In this document: piece after piece, positions 1 to 11,968 of the stretch
How the letters are laid out: every line of letters starts with the position of its first letter
Numbering within the stretch: position 1 is the stretch's first letter
From: Chiloscyllium plagiosum
Taxonomy: Eukaryota
Direction of reading: 5' to 3'
DNA length: 64,000 nucleotides
Assembly: GCF_004010195.1 (NCBI RefSeq)
Contig: NC_057718.1
Span: 34,435,239 to 34,499,238, forward strand
The notes under the pieces: generated by a model
Database searches by the model: none
What the model was told of the DNA's origin: nothing
What the model saw: only the letters and a program-made list of their open reading frames with translations
Position numbers and translations under genes: made by a program

Positions 1-499
1 TTCTGAAGTTTGTACCTGAATAAATCGGGCAACCTAAAAGGAGCATGTTCACCAGAGTATATATTACTTCCACCTTCTCAATGGAAAGAAGGTGACAAAT
101 GCAGAAGAATGCAGAATGTTTGCCACCTGACAGAGGACAGAGCAGCAGAGATGAAGTTCGTGCCTATTTGAGCTGTAATGCCAACCGAAATACATGTATG
201 AAAAGGAAAAGGTACCAATGGAAGAAGTGCCTCTACATGAATGTATCGGTAGTTTCAGACAATAGAAATGGGACCTCATGATTTTGTGAAAATCGCAAAA
301 TGTTTTTATTCCATATTAATCTTAGATGCCTCCAGTATTTGAAAATCCGAACAAAGTGATTGCTTGTTGGAGGCTTAGGCCCCTGAACTCAATCAGAGTT
401 CTTTATTGAGCTTGTACAATGGAGCTCTGCTATCACCTGCTGTTGAACACATGGGTGTAGAGGTTGGTGTGCCAACAATTCCACGCAAACATGTGACTT

Positions 500-990
500 G
501 CTGGTACATGATAATGGGCTGCCTTTGTGAAATTTTTCTGGAGCTGCAGCTTGGGGATGTTTGCTACCCACGCAGAAGCAGTGTGTAGTTAATTAAGTTC
601 ATTAAGATGACAATGGAGGTGTATTTTGCGACAGGCATGCAGTTTTTGGCATGTGGGCACACTGTTGTGGATTGCACATGTCTTCACGGAGAGACGACCA
701 AGCTGCAACTCATTTCAGGGCATGAATTTATTTGTTGGCTGTAATTCATAAAGAGGGTCTATGTCCTTGCAGCCATTCCATGGCTGCTTTCTGTGATGCT
801 TGCTCTGCCTCAATTACTGCCATTTCCCTCCCATTGAAGGCACTGCTGTCAATCCTACTGCTAGATTGGCATTGCCCACAGTACGAAGGTAGATGGAAAC
901 CCTACCTTGACTACAATCACACTAACTGGATGTCTCAATACTCAAAAACTGAAAGTTGGTCATTAATTTTGGAAATGAGAAGATTATGAC
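500..990 (+). mobile_element. Highly decayed PIF/Harbinger transposase remnant
   Basis: Broken-frame motifs in the expected order: KMTMEVYFATGMQ (about 604-642, cf. FFATG), VVDCT (cf. AIDCTH), FHGCFCDA (cf. PGSxHD) and LPLKALL...DYNH (cf. YPLxxWL...YN). Confidence 0.5.
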
Positions 991-2629
991 ATGATTTGAT
1001 AGCTGCACTCAATTACGTGAGGGTTCTGGATGGCGTAGGTGGCAAATAATTATTAGCACACAACAGGAATGACGTAGGTGCAGTGTACGTAGGTCCAAAC
1101 TCTCTGTGTGAGAACCATTTCCTGTAATGGGTATATCTTTACCACCAACTAAATTTGTTTTTCTTTAACTAAGCCATGCATATTGGAGTCTTCACACCAT
1201 GCTGCAAATTTCAAACTGCTGTTTTTAATGCCTTCTCAGTATCGTAACTATTTACTGAGGGCATTTCAAACAAACATATTGGATAGGGATGAACGAGAAG
1301 GTTGAAATTGATGGTGTACAACTGCATTGAAAATATACTGTTAGCTCTATAACCGACTCGTTCATTGACATTCTAAAGCATGGTTGTCTATTCTGGAGTC
1401 CAGGGCTGTGTCAAATATTTTCCCTGAGTGGAAGAAACAACTGTGGTGTTGGGTTACCGTTGGGTAGTGCAGCCCTCCCAGGGCATTACTGGCACTGAAG
1501 CTGTGGATGCAAGAGATAATGTGCTGTCTCTGCAACAGCTGGAGCCACATCCAACAATAGTTGTCAGTACTTATTTGCTTCCTGGCACTTCATCAATTCT
1601 TTGAACGGTCGTACTAGAAATGGAAAATGCAAAGGATTAGGAAGCCCCTTACTTGACCCTCTGGCCTTTCCCATCGAAATATTAGCTGAGTTATCTTTCA
1701 AAAGCATTGTTATGATATTCCATGTATTTTTAAATGTTGGTTTTTAAATACTTGACCGGAAATGAAATCCATTACAAAGACTAAGCAATAACAACTTTTG
1801 TATTTAAATAATGTCTTTACAGAGGGAGAAAATGTTTCAAAGGACTACACAGGAGCATAATCAAGCAAAAATTGACACTCATCCAAAGAAGGGGATAAAA
1901 TGTGGTGCCAACCAGCTTGTTCAAAGAGGCATTTTTAATCCTTATTAAAAAAAAGGACAGAGAGGTACAAGGGCAAAGAGGTGTATGGAAGTATCTTCAG
2001 AGATAATGGCTTAGATGTCTTAGATCATGACTGCCAACAGTCATGAGTAATGGAGTGGGGATGGATAATAGCTCAGAGTTGGAGGAACATTGGGTTGTTG
2101 TAGGCCTGGTGGAGATTACAATTATAAGGGTGGGTGACACCATGAAGGGCTATGAACACAGATTTTTTTTATGTTTGAGATGTTCTATGCACTTGAAGCC
2201 AATGAGACAGTGAGCAAGGGAGCAGAACTTGCTGCTGGTTAGGATAAAGGTAACAGAACTTTGGATGAGTTCAAGTTTTACAGAGTATGAAAGGGTCTGT
2301 TGTCAGCCATAAGGGTGTCTGGAACGAACAAAAGCATGAATGGGGATTGTAACAGAAGATGGCCTGAGGCAGAAGTAGAGATTGCTGATGTGATGGCAAT
2401 AGAAATAAGAAGACACAGTGATGGCAGGATAGAATATTAGATCAGCATCATTCAGGATGTTAATATAGCAAACACTCTGATTCAGCTTGAGGTGATTGTC
2501 AGGGTTGGGAATGGAATTACTGATGATAAATCAGAGCTGGGTGAGAGCAAAAGACAATAACTTGGACTTCTCAATGCTTATTGAAGGAAACTGTAGCTTA
2601 TTAAAGATTAGATATAAATATGTTGACTG

Positions 2630-2972
2630 AGAAAGCAGCCTGCTTGATTCGCAAGCTATCCACTGCCTTCAACATTCAGTCTCTTCACCACTGCAACAAC
2701 TTGCCAGCCTCCCTCAATAGTACCTTCTGAAATCTCTGCTAGCTAGAAGGACAAGAACAGCAGATACATGGGAACACCACGACTTGCAAGCTCTCCATCA
2801 CTGTTCCTTCACTGCCATTGGTTTAAAATCTTGAAACTCCCTTCCTAACAGCACTGGACATGTAATTCTCCCCAAAGACTGCAGTGGTTGAAGAAGGCAC
2901 CTCATGCCCACATTCTGCAGGATTGGACAATAATTGCTGCTTGAGCAAGCAACACTCCCATCCATGGAACAA
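2630..2972 (+). mobile_element. 3' terminal fragment of the SINE-headed LINE family, inserted in L2
   Basis: Starts at KAACLI, the point where the 8178 copy ends. It ends in ggacaataattgctg...cccatccatg, which resembles the tails of the SINEs at 3903 and 59640. Confidence 0.7.
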
Positions 2973-3123
2973 ATTGATGAAAAAGCAACGTCGAGGTAGT
3001 GGAGGGATGAAGAAGCAATGGAGGTGAGGTCGGCTTTTGTCACTATACATGCAAAGCCTTATAGGATGTCTTTTGATCTTCCTGAAGGGTAGCATGCAAT
3101 TGGGAAATAAGAGAAATTGAATG

Positions 3124-3250
3124 ATAGAAACATAGAAAGTAGGAACAGGAAACGTCCATTTAGCCCCTTAAGCCTGCTGATCATCTAACTCAATAACCTG
3201 TCCACAGTGCACCCCCCCCCCCCCCCCCCCTCCTTATCGTTTAGTTCCTT
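3124..3250 (-). mobile_element. CR1 3' tail fragment containing a C19 run
   Basis: atagaaacatagaaagtaggaacagg is a CR1-type tail; poly-C at 3212-3230. Confidence 0.5.
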
Positions 3251-3902
3251 GGCGGATTTCACATGAAATAGTGAAGGGAGTGGAGGAGTAATCACAGAAA
3301 ATTTCTAACTGCAATCAGATAAATAAGAATGCTACCTGTTGAGAGTAGCCTCACCCAGCTGGTCAATGGAACAAATGAGTTGGAGAATCATTTAGAAGTC
3401 TATGGAGAGGTCAAGAAAAATGGAGGAGGAACAATGTATTATTCTCACAGTCAGTCCATTAGCATCATGGCTAGGCTCGGATTATTTTCCTTTTTAAAGT
3501 TAGAGATTTGTTTCCAAGACTATGCTTGAACTTGATCCAATCACTGGTCAATATTGACAGCAGTTATGGAGGTGTCAGGTACCTGAGCCCATTCTGATCA
3601 TCCCATTAAAGGAAGTGACATGGAAATGTTATGAATTGTAGTAGTTCATTTTGTTCTGATCAGTTTATAAGCAAAGATTCCATGTTCGTTACAATTCCAG
3701 AAGGGTTACTATCAATAGTGGGGCCGAATGAACAAGCTCCCCTACTTTAATCAACGTCTCCTCACCTCATTGATCGCAACAAGATTAACTTAAAAAGGGA
3801 TCCCTTCCCTCAAGAATACCTTTCCCAGTTCCAATGTGAAATGGTGAAACTGATATGATTGCTGGAAAGTTTTTGATTTCTTTTTGATTTAGAGGGAGCC
3901 AA

Positions 3903-4224
3903 GGAGACGCAATGCCCTAGCGGTCTTATCCAGCGATGCTGTAGTCCTCTGACGCCCAGGTTTGAATCCCACCACAGCAAATGGTGGAATTTGAATTTGA
4001 TAAATATCTGGAACTAAGAGTTGAAAGATAACTGAGAACCATTGATTGTGAGGAAAAACCTATCTGGTTCATTAATGTCCTTTAGGGAAGGAAACTACCA
4101 TCCTTGTCTGGTTTACATGTGACTCCAGACTCACAGCAAAATGTTGACTCTTAGCTGCCCTCGAGGCAACTAAAGTTGGGTGATAAATGCTGGCCTAGTC
4201 ATTCATCCCATGACTAAAAAAAAA
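3903..4224 (+). mobile_element. tRNA-derived SINE with a MetaSINE-like body and LINE-derived tail
   Basis: Box A-like tgccctagcgg and box B-like ggtttgaatcc; body ggttcattaatgtcctttagggaaggaaa...catgtgactccagac; tail ataaatgctggcctag plus an A-run. Confidence 0.8.
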
Positions 4225-4228
4225 TTAA

Positions 4229-4377
4229 AATTAGGTTTTATTGTTATATGTACCCAAGTATAGGGATACAAGAGAACTGTGCAAAGTGTACAAAGTCACC
4301 ATTCTTAATGCCAACTTAGGTACAAAATTACCTTGGTACAAAATCTTAAGTACAAAGTAGAAAAAAGAAATAAAGTT
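4229..4377 (-). repeat. Non-autonomous element with a Rex1/RTE-like 3' tail
   Basis: tttattgttatatgtacc tail, also seen near 42535 (-) and, as tacgtgacaata, near 63085 (+). Confidence 0.4.
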
Positions 4378-4721
4378 CATACAATCCCTACAGAGTGGAA
4401 ACAGGCCATTTGTCCCAACAAGTCCACACCAACCGTCCAAAGAATAACTCACCCAGACCCATTCCCCTACCTTATTACTCTACATTTACCCTGACTAATG
4501 CACCAAACCTACACACCCCTATGGGCAATTTAGCACAGTCAATTCACCTAACATACACATACTTGGACTTTGGAAGGAAACCTGAGCATGCATAGGTAGC
4601 ACACACAAACATGGGGAGGATGTGCAAACTCCACACATACAGTCACCCAAAGCTGGAATCAAACCTAGGTCCCTCACGCTGTGGAGGCAGCAGTGCTAAC
4701 CATTGCGCCATCATGCTGCCC
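4378..4721 (-). mobile_element. HE1-type V-SINE, older copy
   Basis: Reverse complement of the 13244 copy: tRNA head, V-domain and CR1-like tail. Confidence 0.9.
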
Positions 4722-5100
4722 ATGCCATTCAATATTACAGTCCTTCTTAAGTGCTTCGTCATGCTGGTCTTGCCATCTCCACAAGCACTCAATCTCCCTG
4801 CATTGGATCCATCTTGCCTGTACTCGAGGTCACTGCAGATACTATGAGATCGCGGGCTGTTTGCTCACACCGTCGCCTCGGGCTCCCTGCTCACACAGGT
4901 TTCCTCAGATCAAGGAAAGAATGAGTTAATTGTTTTATAGGAAAATAAAGAAACATAATACACTTACACAGTTTAGAAATGTGAAGTGAGGAAACACATA
5001 ATTGTAAGAAAAAAAAGAAGGATCAATCTTTGTCTTGTCCATGAGGAATAGGCAGTGGAATGTTAATGCTGTTAAGTTGGGTGACTTCGGTACTAGGGGA

Positions 5101-5272
5101 CAGTGAGATTTGCAGATGCTGGAGATCAGAGTTGAGAGTGTGTTGCTGGAAAAGAACAGCAGGTCAGGCAGCATCCGAGGAGCAGGAAAATCACTGTTTC
5201 CGGCCCAAAATGTTGATTTTCCTGCTCCTCGGATGCTGCCAAACCTGCTGCGCTTTTCCAGCAACACACTCT
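5101..5272. mobile_element. Collapsed inverted-repeat Penelope-like element (hairpin)
   Basis: Arms at about 5135-5193 and 5213-5272 are near-perfect inverted repeats. They match the termini of the GIY-YIG-bearing element at 30692. Confidence 0.85.
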
Positions 5273-6599
5273 TGTCTCCGGTACTGCTAACTTTGGCAGT
5301 TGAACAGTCTGGAGACCCTTAGTTCTGCTCATTAATTGAAACAAGATTCTCTGTTTCCTTTTTTACTATAAATTTGATGGCTTGCGACTTCCTTCCAGCA
5401 ATCAGTGAAAGAGAGAGAGAGGGAGAGAAAGCCTTTTACTTTTACATGGAAGGATGGGGTGTTTAGGAGTTGGTGTACAACTGTGACCTTCACAGAAAAT
5501 ATCAAATCCATTCAACTAGAACACCAGATCAGCAAAAATGAGGCCTGGAGTTGTTTTTTAAACCTTTCTCTTGTGGATGTTTAAAAGAGGAGTAAGTCAA
5601 CCATATCTTTCAACCAGAACTGTTTTATGTTACCTCACATTATTTCCATAATCTGGCATAAGACTCATGGGAGAAAGTTTCTGCTGAGCTAGTAATTGGT
5701 CTCCATTATCTCTGCAATAATGTGAGATTACAGTTCAATTTCTGTATTGCATCTCTCCCTTTGAAATTTCTCTGCCCTTGACATAAGACATTCCACGGTC
5801 TCTCTCTGGACAGAGTATAATCAACATGGACATTTTCCAGAAATTTTCTGAATGACATGCTCATAATTCAGATTCTTAGCCTTCTTTGGCACACACTTCA
5901 TTTTTCAATTTTTTATTAACAAAAAGTTACTTAAAGGTTCAATCAGTTTACAGAAATTCAGGGCTATGATCCATTGCCATGACAACTTAGAGTGAGAGAA
6001 AGTTGTCCTCTAGTAATTAAATCTTGTCAAACATTCAGAAGGATACTCAGATTGAAATGAGCAAATTCTAGCTTCTCTAGTGAGTTTAACTGTCTCTACT
6101 GTGCAAGAACAGGATCCTCACACCATCCAATACTTTTGCCTACATTTTCCAGAAACTAAGAGAGCCACTGTGCATCTCAAACAGAAACTGTCCTTGCCAG
6201 AAGTTGCTGAGAGAACTGCCCATAAAATATGATGAATTATGGTGATCTTGCCATTACTGCTAAACCTTAACTCAATAAGAAAAACAGAATTCTATTAGTA
6301 TGTTACTTTTGTGCTCTAGAGGGAACAAGCTTTAAAATTACTTCATGGATTAGATATCATGACCATGATTTTAAATTGTGCAACTGACATGATTGTTGAA
6401 AGTTTTTGGCTTCTCTTAAGAGACTTAGTGGTCAAGTTGTTGTGTTTCATAAAAATCTCTAACTATGATTCATAACCATCGGTGACTAATTGAAATTGTG
6501 AACTTTCTCATGCATGACCTCTGCTTCAACACCTGCATCCACATCATTCAATTCTAGGTTCATTTTGAATGTATATTCCACAGTCAAGATGATTTATCC

Positions 6600-7008
6600 C
6601 ATTGGGGTCTTGCAGGTGGTGGTATTCCTATCTATCTGCTGCCCTTGTCCTTCCAGATGGAACTTGTCATGGGTTTGAATGATGCTAAGGATCTTTGATG
6701 AATTTCTGTGGTATATCTTGTGGATTGTACGCTACTACAAGTGAGGATATACGCTGGAATGACTGAATGTTTGTGGATGTGATGTCAATCAAGTGGGCGG
6801 CTTTGTCCTGGATGGTGTCAAGCTTTTTGAATGTTGTATGAGCTGCACTCATCCAGGCAAGTGGGGAGTATTCCATCACACTCCTGTCTTGTTCTTTATC
6901 AATAGTGGACAGATTTTGGGGAGTAAGGTGGTGAATTACTTGCTGCAGCATTCCCTGCCTCTGGCTTGTTGTTGCAGCCTTTGTATTTATATGGGAAGTC
7001 CATTTCAG
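6600..7008 (-). mobile_element. RT C-terminal fragment of the SINE-headed LINE family
   Basis: ORF 6685-6951 (RSVMEYSPLAWMSAA...KKLDTIQDKAAHLI) matches ORF 8178-8558. Confidence 0.85.
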
Positions 7009-7009
7009 T

Positions 7010-7600
7010 GGAGTTGACTATTTTAAGATCAGTCAAGAACACTGTAGAAGACTAGACTGGCTAAATGACCTACTCTTACTCCCATATCTTATCATCTTAT
7101 GATCTTATGGATATCTAGTATTCCAAGATAAAGTATGTTCAGGTGATATTGGGAATGCGAAAAATGGAGGAGGGACAGCAATTTTGATTAAGGATCTTAT
7201 TCAGTGTTTGAAAGAAGGAACATCCTTGAGGAATCAAAGATAACATTCTCAGTTGGAATTGAGGAACAACAAAGGATCTATTCATCTAATAATGATTTTA
7301 CAGGCCATCAAATAGAGTCAGGAGATAAAGGGACAATTTTACAAATAAATCACTGGGACCTGTAAGGATTGTGGAGGAATGATTGGGAGACTTGAATAGG
7401 GAAGTGATTGTGTTAAGGCAGAGAAAAAGAGAAATCTCTGAAGTGTGTTCAAGCTATTTTCTCCAACAGTGTGTTTCCCATCCAGTGCAAGATATAGGTC
7501 TGGAGAATTAAATAGACTGATTTGAAAAATATCACTGTTGTAGAAAGGCTCAGATTTTCCGTCAGCCAAGCTGACTGAGGAGAGATTTAAAATGGTTGGC
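7010..7600 (+). mobile_element. Old CR1 fragments: a 3' tail followed by an endonuclease region
   Basis: (tcttatga)n-like tail near 7087-7109, then decayed GGG.A and YRP-like APE motifs. Confidence 0.5.
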
Positions 7601-8177
7601 AGGGTTCAATCTGAGATTCTTGCCTTCATGCTTTTCTTGATACAGATACCATTTGGTTTCAATATGAATATTTGGCTGAGCTCCAAGAATGGTTAATCCA
7701 CTTATATCTCAGCAAGTAGTATTTATACATTTGCAGAAGAGATGGGCAGTTTCATTTGATTATCTCTATTATCTTATAATAACCTGCAATTGTTTAAAGG
7801 GTTTTTACACTGTCCGAGTTTATTTACGCTACCTAGGGAAATCTGAAATGCATAAAAGCTTCTGATATGGATTCTATGACTATCCGTGGTTCCATACTAA
7901 CTTGTCTTTCAAGATGTTTTCATATGCTCTACTTCTGCAAATTTCAAAGACTTATCTTATTTGCCAATGTCTCATTAATTCCATATATAGTAGATATAGG
8001 GAGAATGAGTACAGAAAATGCATGGCACACATAGAAACATATTGGGATAGGATGGGGCATGGAAGGGCCATCAGCGAGTATGGAATAGTAGAGGAGATAT
8101 GGGTGAATGAGGAAGCATAGGAGATATGAGTTAGCAGAGGGGCTCCTCAAACATTCCATATGTAGTCCAATGACTCC

Positions 8178-10936
8178 TTAGTGTCCCCATGCACTTGCGT
8201 GCTGCAAGCAGGCTGCTTTGTCTTGGATGATATCAAGCGTTTTTACTATTGTTGGAGCTACCCCTATCCAGGCAAATGGGGAGTATTCCATCACACTCCT
8301 GACTTGTGTCTTGTAGATGATGGGCAAGTTTTGAGGAGTCAGGATTTGAGTTACTTGGTACAATAATCCTAACTTCTGACCTGCTGTTGTAGTCACTGTG
8401 TTTTTGTGGCGAGTCCAATTGAGTTTCTGGTCAACAATAAACCTAAAGATGCTGATAATGGGGGATTCAGTGATGGTAACCACAATGAATGTCAAGGGGT
8501 GGTGGTTAGATTGTCTCTTAATGGACATGATTGTTGCCCTGACATTTGCATGGCGCAAATGTTACTTGCCTCTTATCAGCCCAAGCCTGGATATTTTCCA
8601 GGCCTTGTTGCATTTGGACATGGACTGCTTCAGTATCTAAGGAATTGCAATTGGTACTGAACATTGTGCAATCATCAGCAAGCATCCCCACTTCTGACCT
8701 TATGATGGAGGGAAGGTTTTTGATGAAGATGGTTGGACCTAGATCACAGTCCTGAGGAACTCCTGCAGAGATAACCTGGAGCTGAAATGACTGATCTCCA
8801 ACAACTACAACCATTTTCCTATGTGTCCGGTATGACTCCAACCAATGGAGATTTTTCCACTTGGTACCCATTCATTCTAGATGCCACACTCAGTTATATG
8901 CAGATTGGATGTCAAGAGCTGTCACACTTGCCTCCCTTCTGGAATTTAGCTCTTTTGTCCATGTTTGAACCAAGGCTGTAATGATGTCAGGAGCTGAGTG
9001 GCCTTGGCTGATCCTAAACCGGGCGTCACTGAGCAGGTTATTGCTGAGCAGGTGCTACTTGATAACACTGTTGATGAAGACATCACTTTACTGATCATCG
9101 AGAGTAGGCTAATGGGGCAGTAATTGTCTGGGTTGGATTTATCCTTATTGTTTACAAGACATACCTGGGAAATTGTCCACATTGTTGGGTAGATGCCAGT
9201 GTTGTAACTGGACTGAAAGAGCTTGACTACAGGAGTGGCAAGTTCTGGAGCACATGTCTTCAGTACTATTGCCAGAATGTTGTCAGGACCCTTAGCCTTT
9301 GCAGTATCCAGTGACTTCAATTTTTCTTGCTATCACTTGGAATGAATCAGACTGGCTGAAGACTGGTGTCAGTGATGCTGGGGAGCACTGGAGGAAGCTA
9401 CAATGGATCAACCACGTGACATTTCTGGCTGATGATTGCTGCAGAGATTCAGCCTTATCCTTTGTATTGCTGTGTTTGGCTTTTCCATCATTGAGAATGA
9501 GGATATTTGTCGAGCCACATCTTCCAGTGAGTTGTTTAATTGTCTACCACCAGTCACAACTGGACATGGCAGGACTGCAGAGCTTTAATCTGATCTATTG
9601 GTTGGCTGATCATTTAGCTCTGTCTATGACTTGTTGTTTATGCTGCTTGGCTTGCAATTAGTCCTGTTTCATAGCTTCACCAGGTGGACACCTCATTTTT
9701 AGGTGTGCCTGATGCTGTTTGTGAAATGCCCTCCTGCATCTCCATTGACCGAGGGTTGATCCCCTGGCTTGATGGTAATGAGGGATATGCTGGGCCATGA
9801 GGTTACAGATTGTACTGGAGTACAGTTCTGCTGCTGTTGATAGCCCACAGTGACTCATGGATGCCAGTTTTGAATTGCTGGACCTGTTCTGAGCCTGCCC
9901 TATTTCGAAGGGTGATAGTGCAACACAATATGATGGAGTGTATTCTCAATGTTAAAGGCGAGACTTCATCTCCACAAGGGCAGTGCAGTGGTCACTCTTA
10001 CCAATACTGTCATGGACAAATGCTCTGCAGCTGGCAGATTGGTAAGGATGAGGTCAAGTGTATATTTCTCTCTTGTTGGTTCCCTCACCAACTGCTGCAG
10101 GCCCAGTCTAGCAGCTATGTCCTTTAGGATCCAACCAGCTCGATCTGTAGTGCTGCTACTTTCTGGTGGACATTGAAATCCCTCACCAGAGTCCATGTTA
10201 TTCAACATGGAGGAGTACTGATTCATCACCTGAGGAAGGGCAGTATGTGGTAATCAGCAGGAGTTTTTGTTTGCCTATGTTCGACCTGAAGCCATGAGAC
10301 TTCATGGGATCTAGAGTCACTGCTGAGGATTCCCAGGGCAACTCCCTCCCGACTAAATACCACAATGGCACCACCTCTGGGTGTGTCCCATCAGTAGGGC
10401 AGGACATATCCAGGGATGGTGATGATGGTGTCTGGGACATTGACTGTAAGATATGATTCTGTGAGTATGACTATGTCATGCTGTTGCTTGACTAGTCTGT
10501 GAGACAGCTCTGACATTCATAAGAAGGACTTTGCAAAGTCAACAAGACAGTTTTTGGCTTTGTCTTTTCTGGTGCCGAGGTCAGATGGGGCTCTGTCCAT
10601 TTTCATTTCTCTGTTGAGACTTTGTAATGATTAATACAACTGAGTGGCTTGCTAGGTTATTTCAGAGGGCACTTTGAGAGTCAACACATTTCTTTGGATC
10701 TGGGGTTACATGTAGGCCAGACCAGGTGAGGCAAAGGTCATCAGTGAGTCAGGTGGATTTTTTCAACAGTCAGCAACAGTTTTGTGGTCATCAGTAAATT
10801 CTTAATTCCAGATATTTTATTGAATTCAAATTCTACAATCTGCCGTGGTGTGATTTGAATCTGAGTCCCCAGAACATTAGCTACTTTTCTGGATGAATAG
10901 TCCAGCAATAATAGCACTAGGCTATTGCCTCCCCCC
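8178..10936 (-). mobile_element. CR1-superfamily LINE (decayed APE-RT) with a tRNA-SINE 5' end and no ORF1; 3' tail missing
   Basis: APE: KVLLMN..ELSHRLVKQQHDIVILTESYL, IPGYV, REPTREKYTLDLILTN. RT: AKGPDNI, SNPDNYCPISLLS, GVPQ..LGP, MLADDCTMF, QVRSVMEYSP. Positions 10638-10936 align to the SINEs at 3903 and 59640. Confidence 0.9.
10851..10924 (-). promoter_or_regulatory. Degenerate type-2 Pol III internal promoter (A and B boxes) at the LINE 5' end
   Basis: On the sense strand, tagcctagtgc (cf. TRGCNNARYGG) at 10914-10924 and agattcaaatca (cf. GGTTCRANTCC) at 10851-10862. Confidence 0.6.
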
Positions 10937-11968
10937 TAATGCTTAAGGTGCCAGAAATAGATTAAATACATTAATGACAAAAGGGTAACTGAGAAGAGAA
11001 TAGGGCTCCTCAAAGATCAGCAAGGCGGCCTTTATGTGGAGCTGCAGGAGATGAGGGAGATTCTAAACGAGTATTTTGCATCAGGATTTACTGTGGAAAA
11101 GGACATGGAAGATATAGATTGTAGGGAAATAGATGGTGACATCTTGAAAAACGTCCACATTACAGAGGAGGAAGTGCTGGATGTCTTGAAATACATAAAG
11201 GTGGATAAATCCCTAGGCCGTGATCAGGTGTATCCTCGGACTCTGTGGGAGGCGAGGGAAGTGATTGTTGGGCCTCTTACTGAAATATTTGTATCATCGA
11301 TAGTCACAGGTGAGGTGCTGGAAGACGGGAGGTTGGCTAACATGGTGCCACTGTTTAAGAAAAGTAGTAAGGACAAGACAGTGAACTATAGACCTGACAT
11401 TGGTGGTGGGCAAGTTGTTGGAGGGAATCCTGAGGGACAAGATGTACATGTATTTGGAAAGGCAAAGACTGATTAGGGATAGTCAACATGGCTTTATGCT
11501 TGGGAAATTCTGTCTAACAAACTTGATTGAGTTTTTTGAAGAAGTAACAAAGAGGATTGATGAGGGCAGAGTGGGAGATGCGATCTATATGGACTCTAGT
11601 AAGGTGTTCGAAAATGTTCCCCATGGGAGACTGATTAGCAAGGTTAGATCCCATGGATTACAGGGAGAACTAGCCATTTTGATACAGAACTGGCTCAAAG
11701 GTAGAAGACAGAGGGTGGTGGTGGAGGGTTGTTTTTCAGACTGGAGGCCTGTGACCAGTGGAGTGCCACAAGGATCGGTGCTGGGTCCACTACTTTTCGT
11801 CATTTATATATATGAGTTGAATGTGAGCATAAGAGGTACAGTTAGTCAGTTTGCAGATGACATCAAAATTGGAGGTGTAGTGGACAGCGAAGAAGGTTAC
11901 CTCAGATTACAAGGGGATCTTGATCAGATGGGCCAATGGGCTGAGAAGTGGCAGATGGAGTTTAATTC

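Larger units (their letters stand above)
1790..3490 (-). mobile_element. Old L2-clade LINE, 3' portion, interrupted by later insertions
   Basis: Resembles the reverse complement of a shark L2 3' end and RT region (e.g. gtaacagaactttggatgagttcaagttt, aagacaataacttggacttctcaat); heavily mutated. Confidence 0.7.

Noticed and set aside
5101..5272. DNA-transposon MITE, miRNA or CRISPR-like repeat
   Set aside because: The arms match Penelope terminal repeats linked to GIY-YIG remnants, and there is no repeat-spacer array.
5290..5990. Possible solo LTR
   Set aside because: No partner LTR, TSD or clear termini found.
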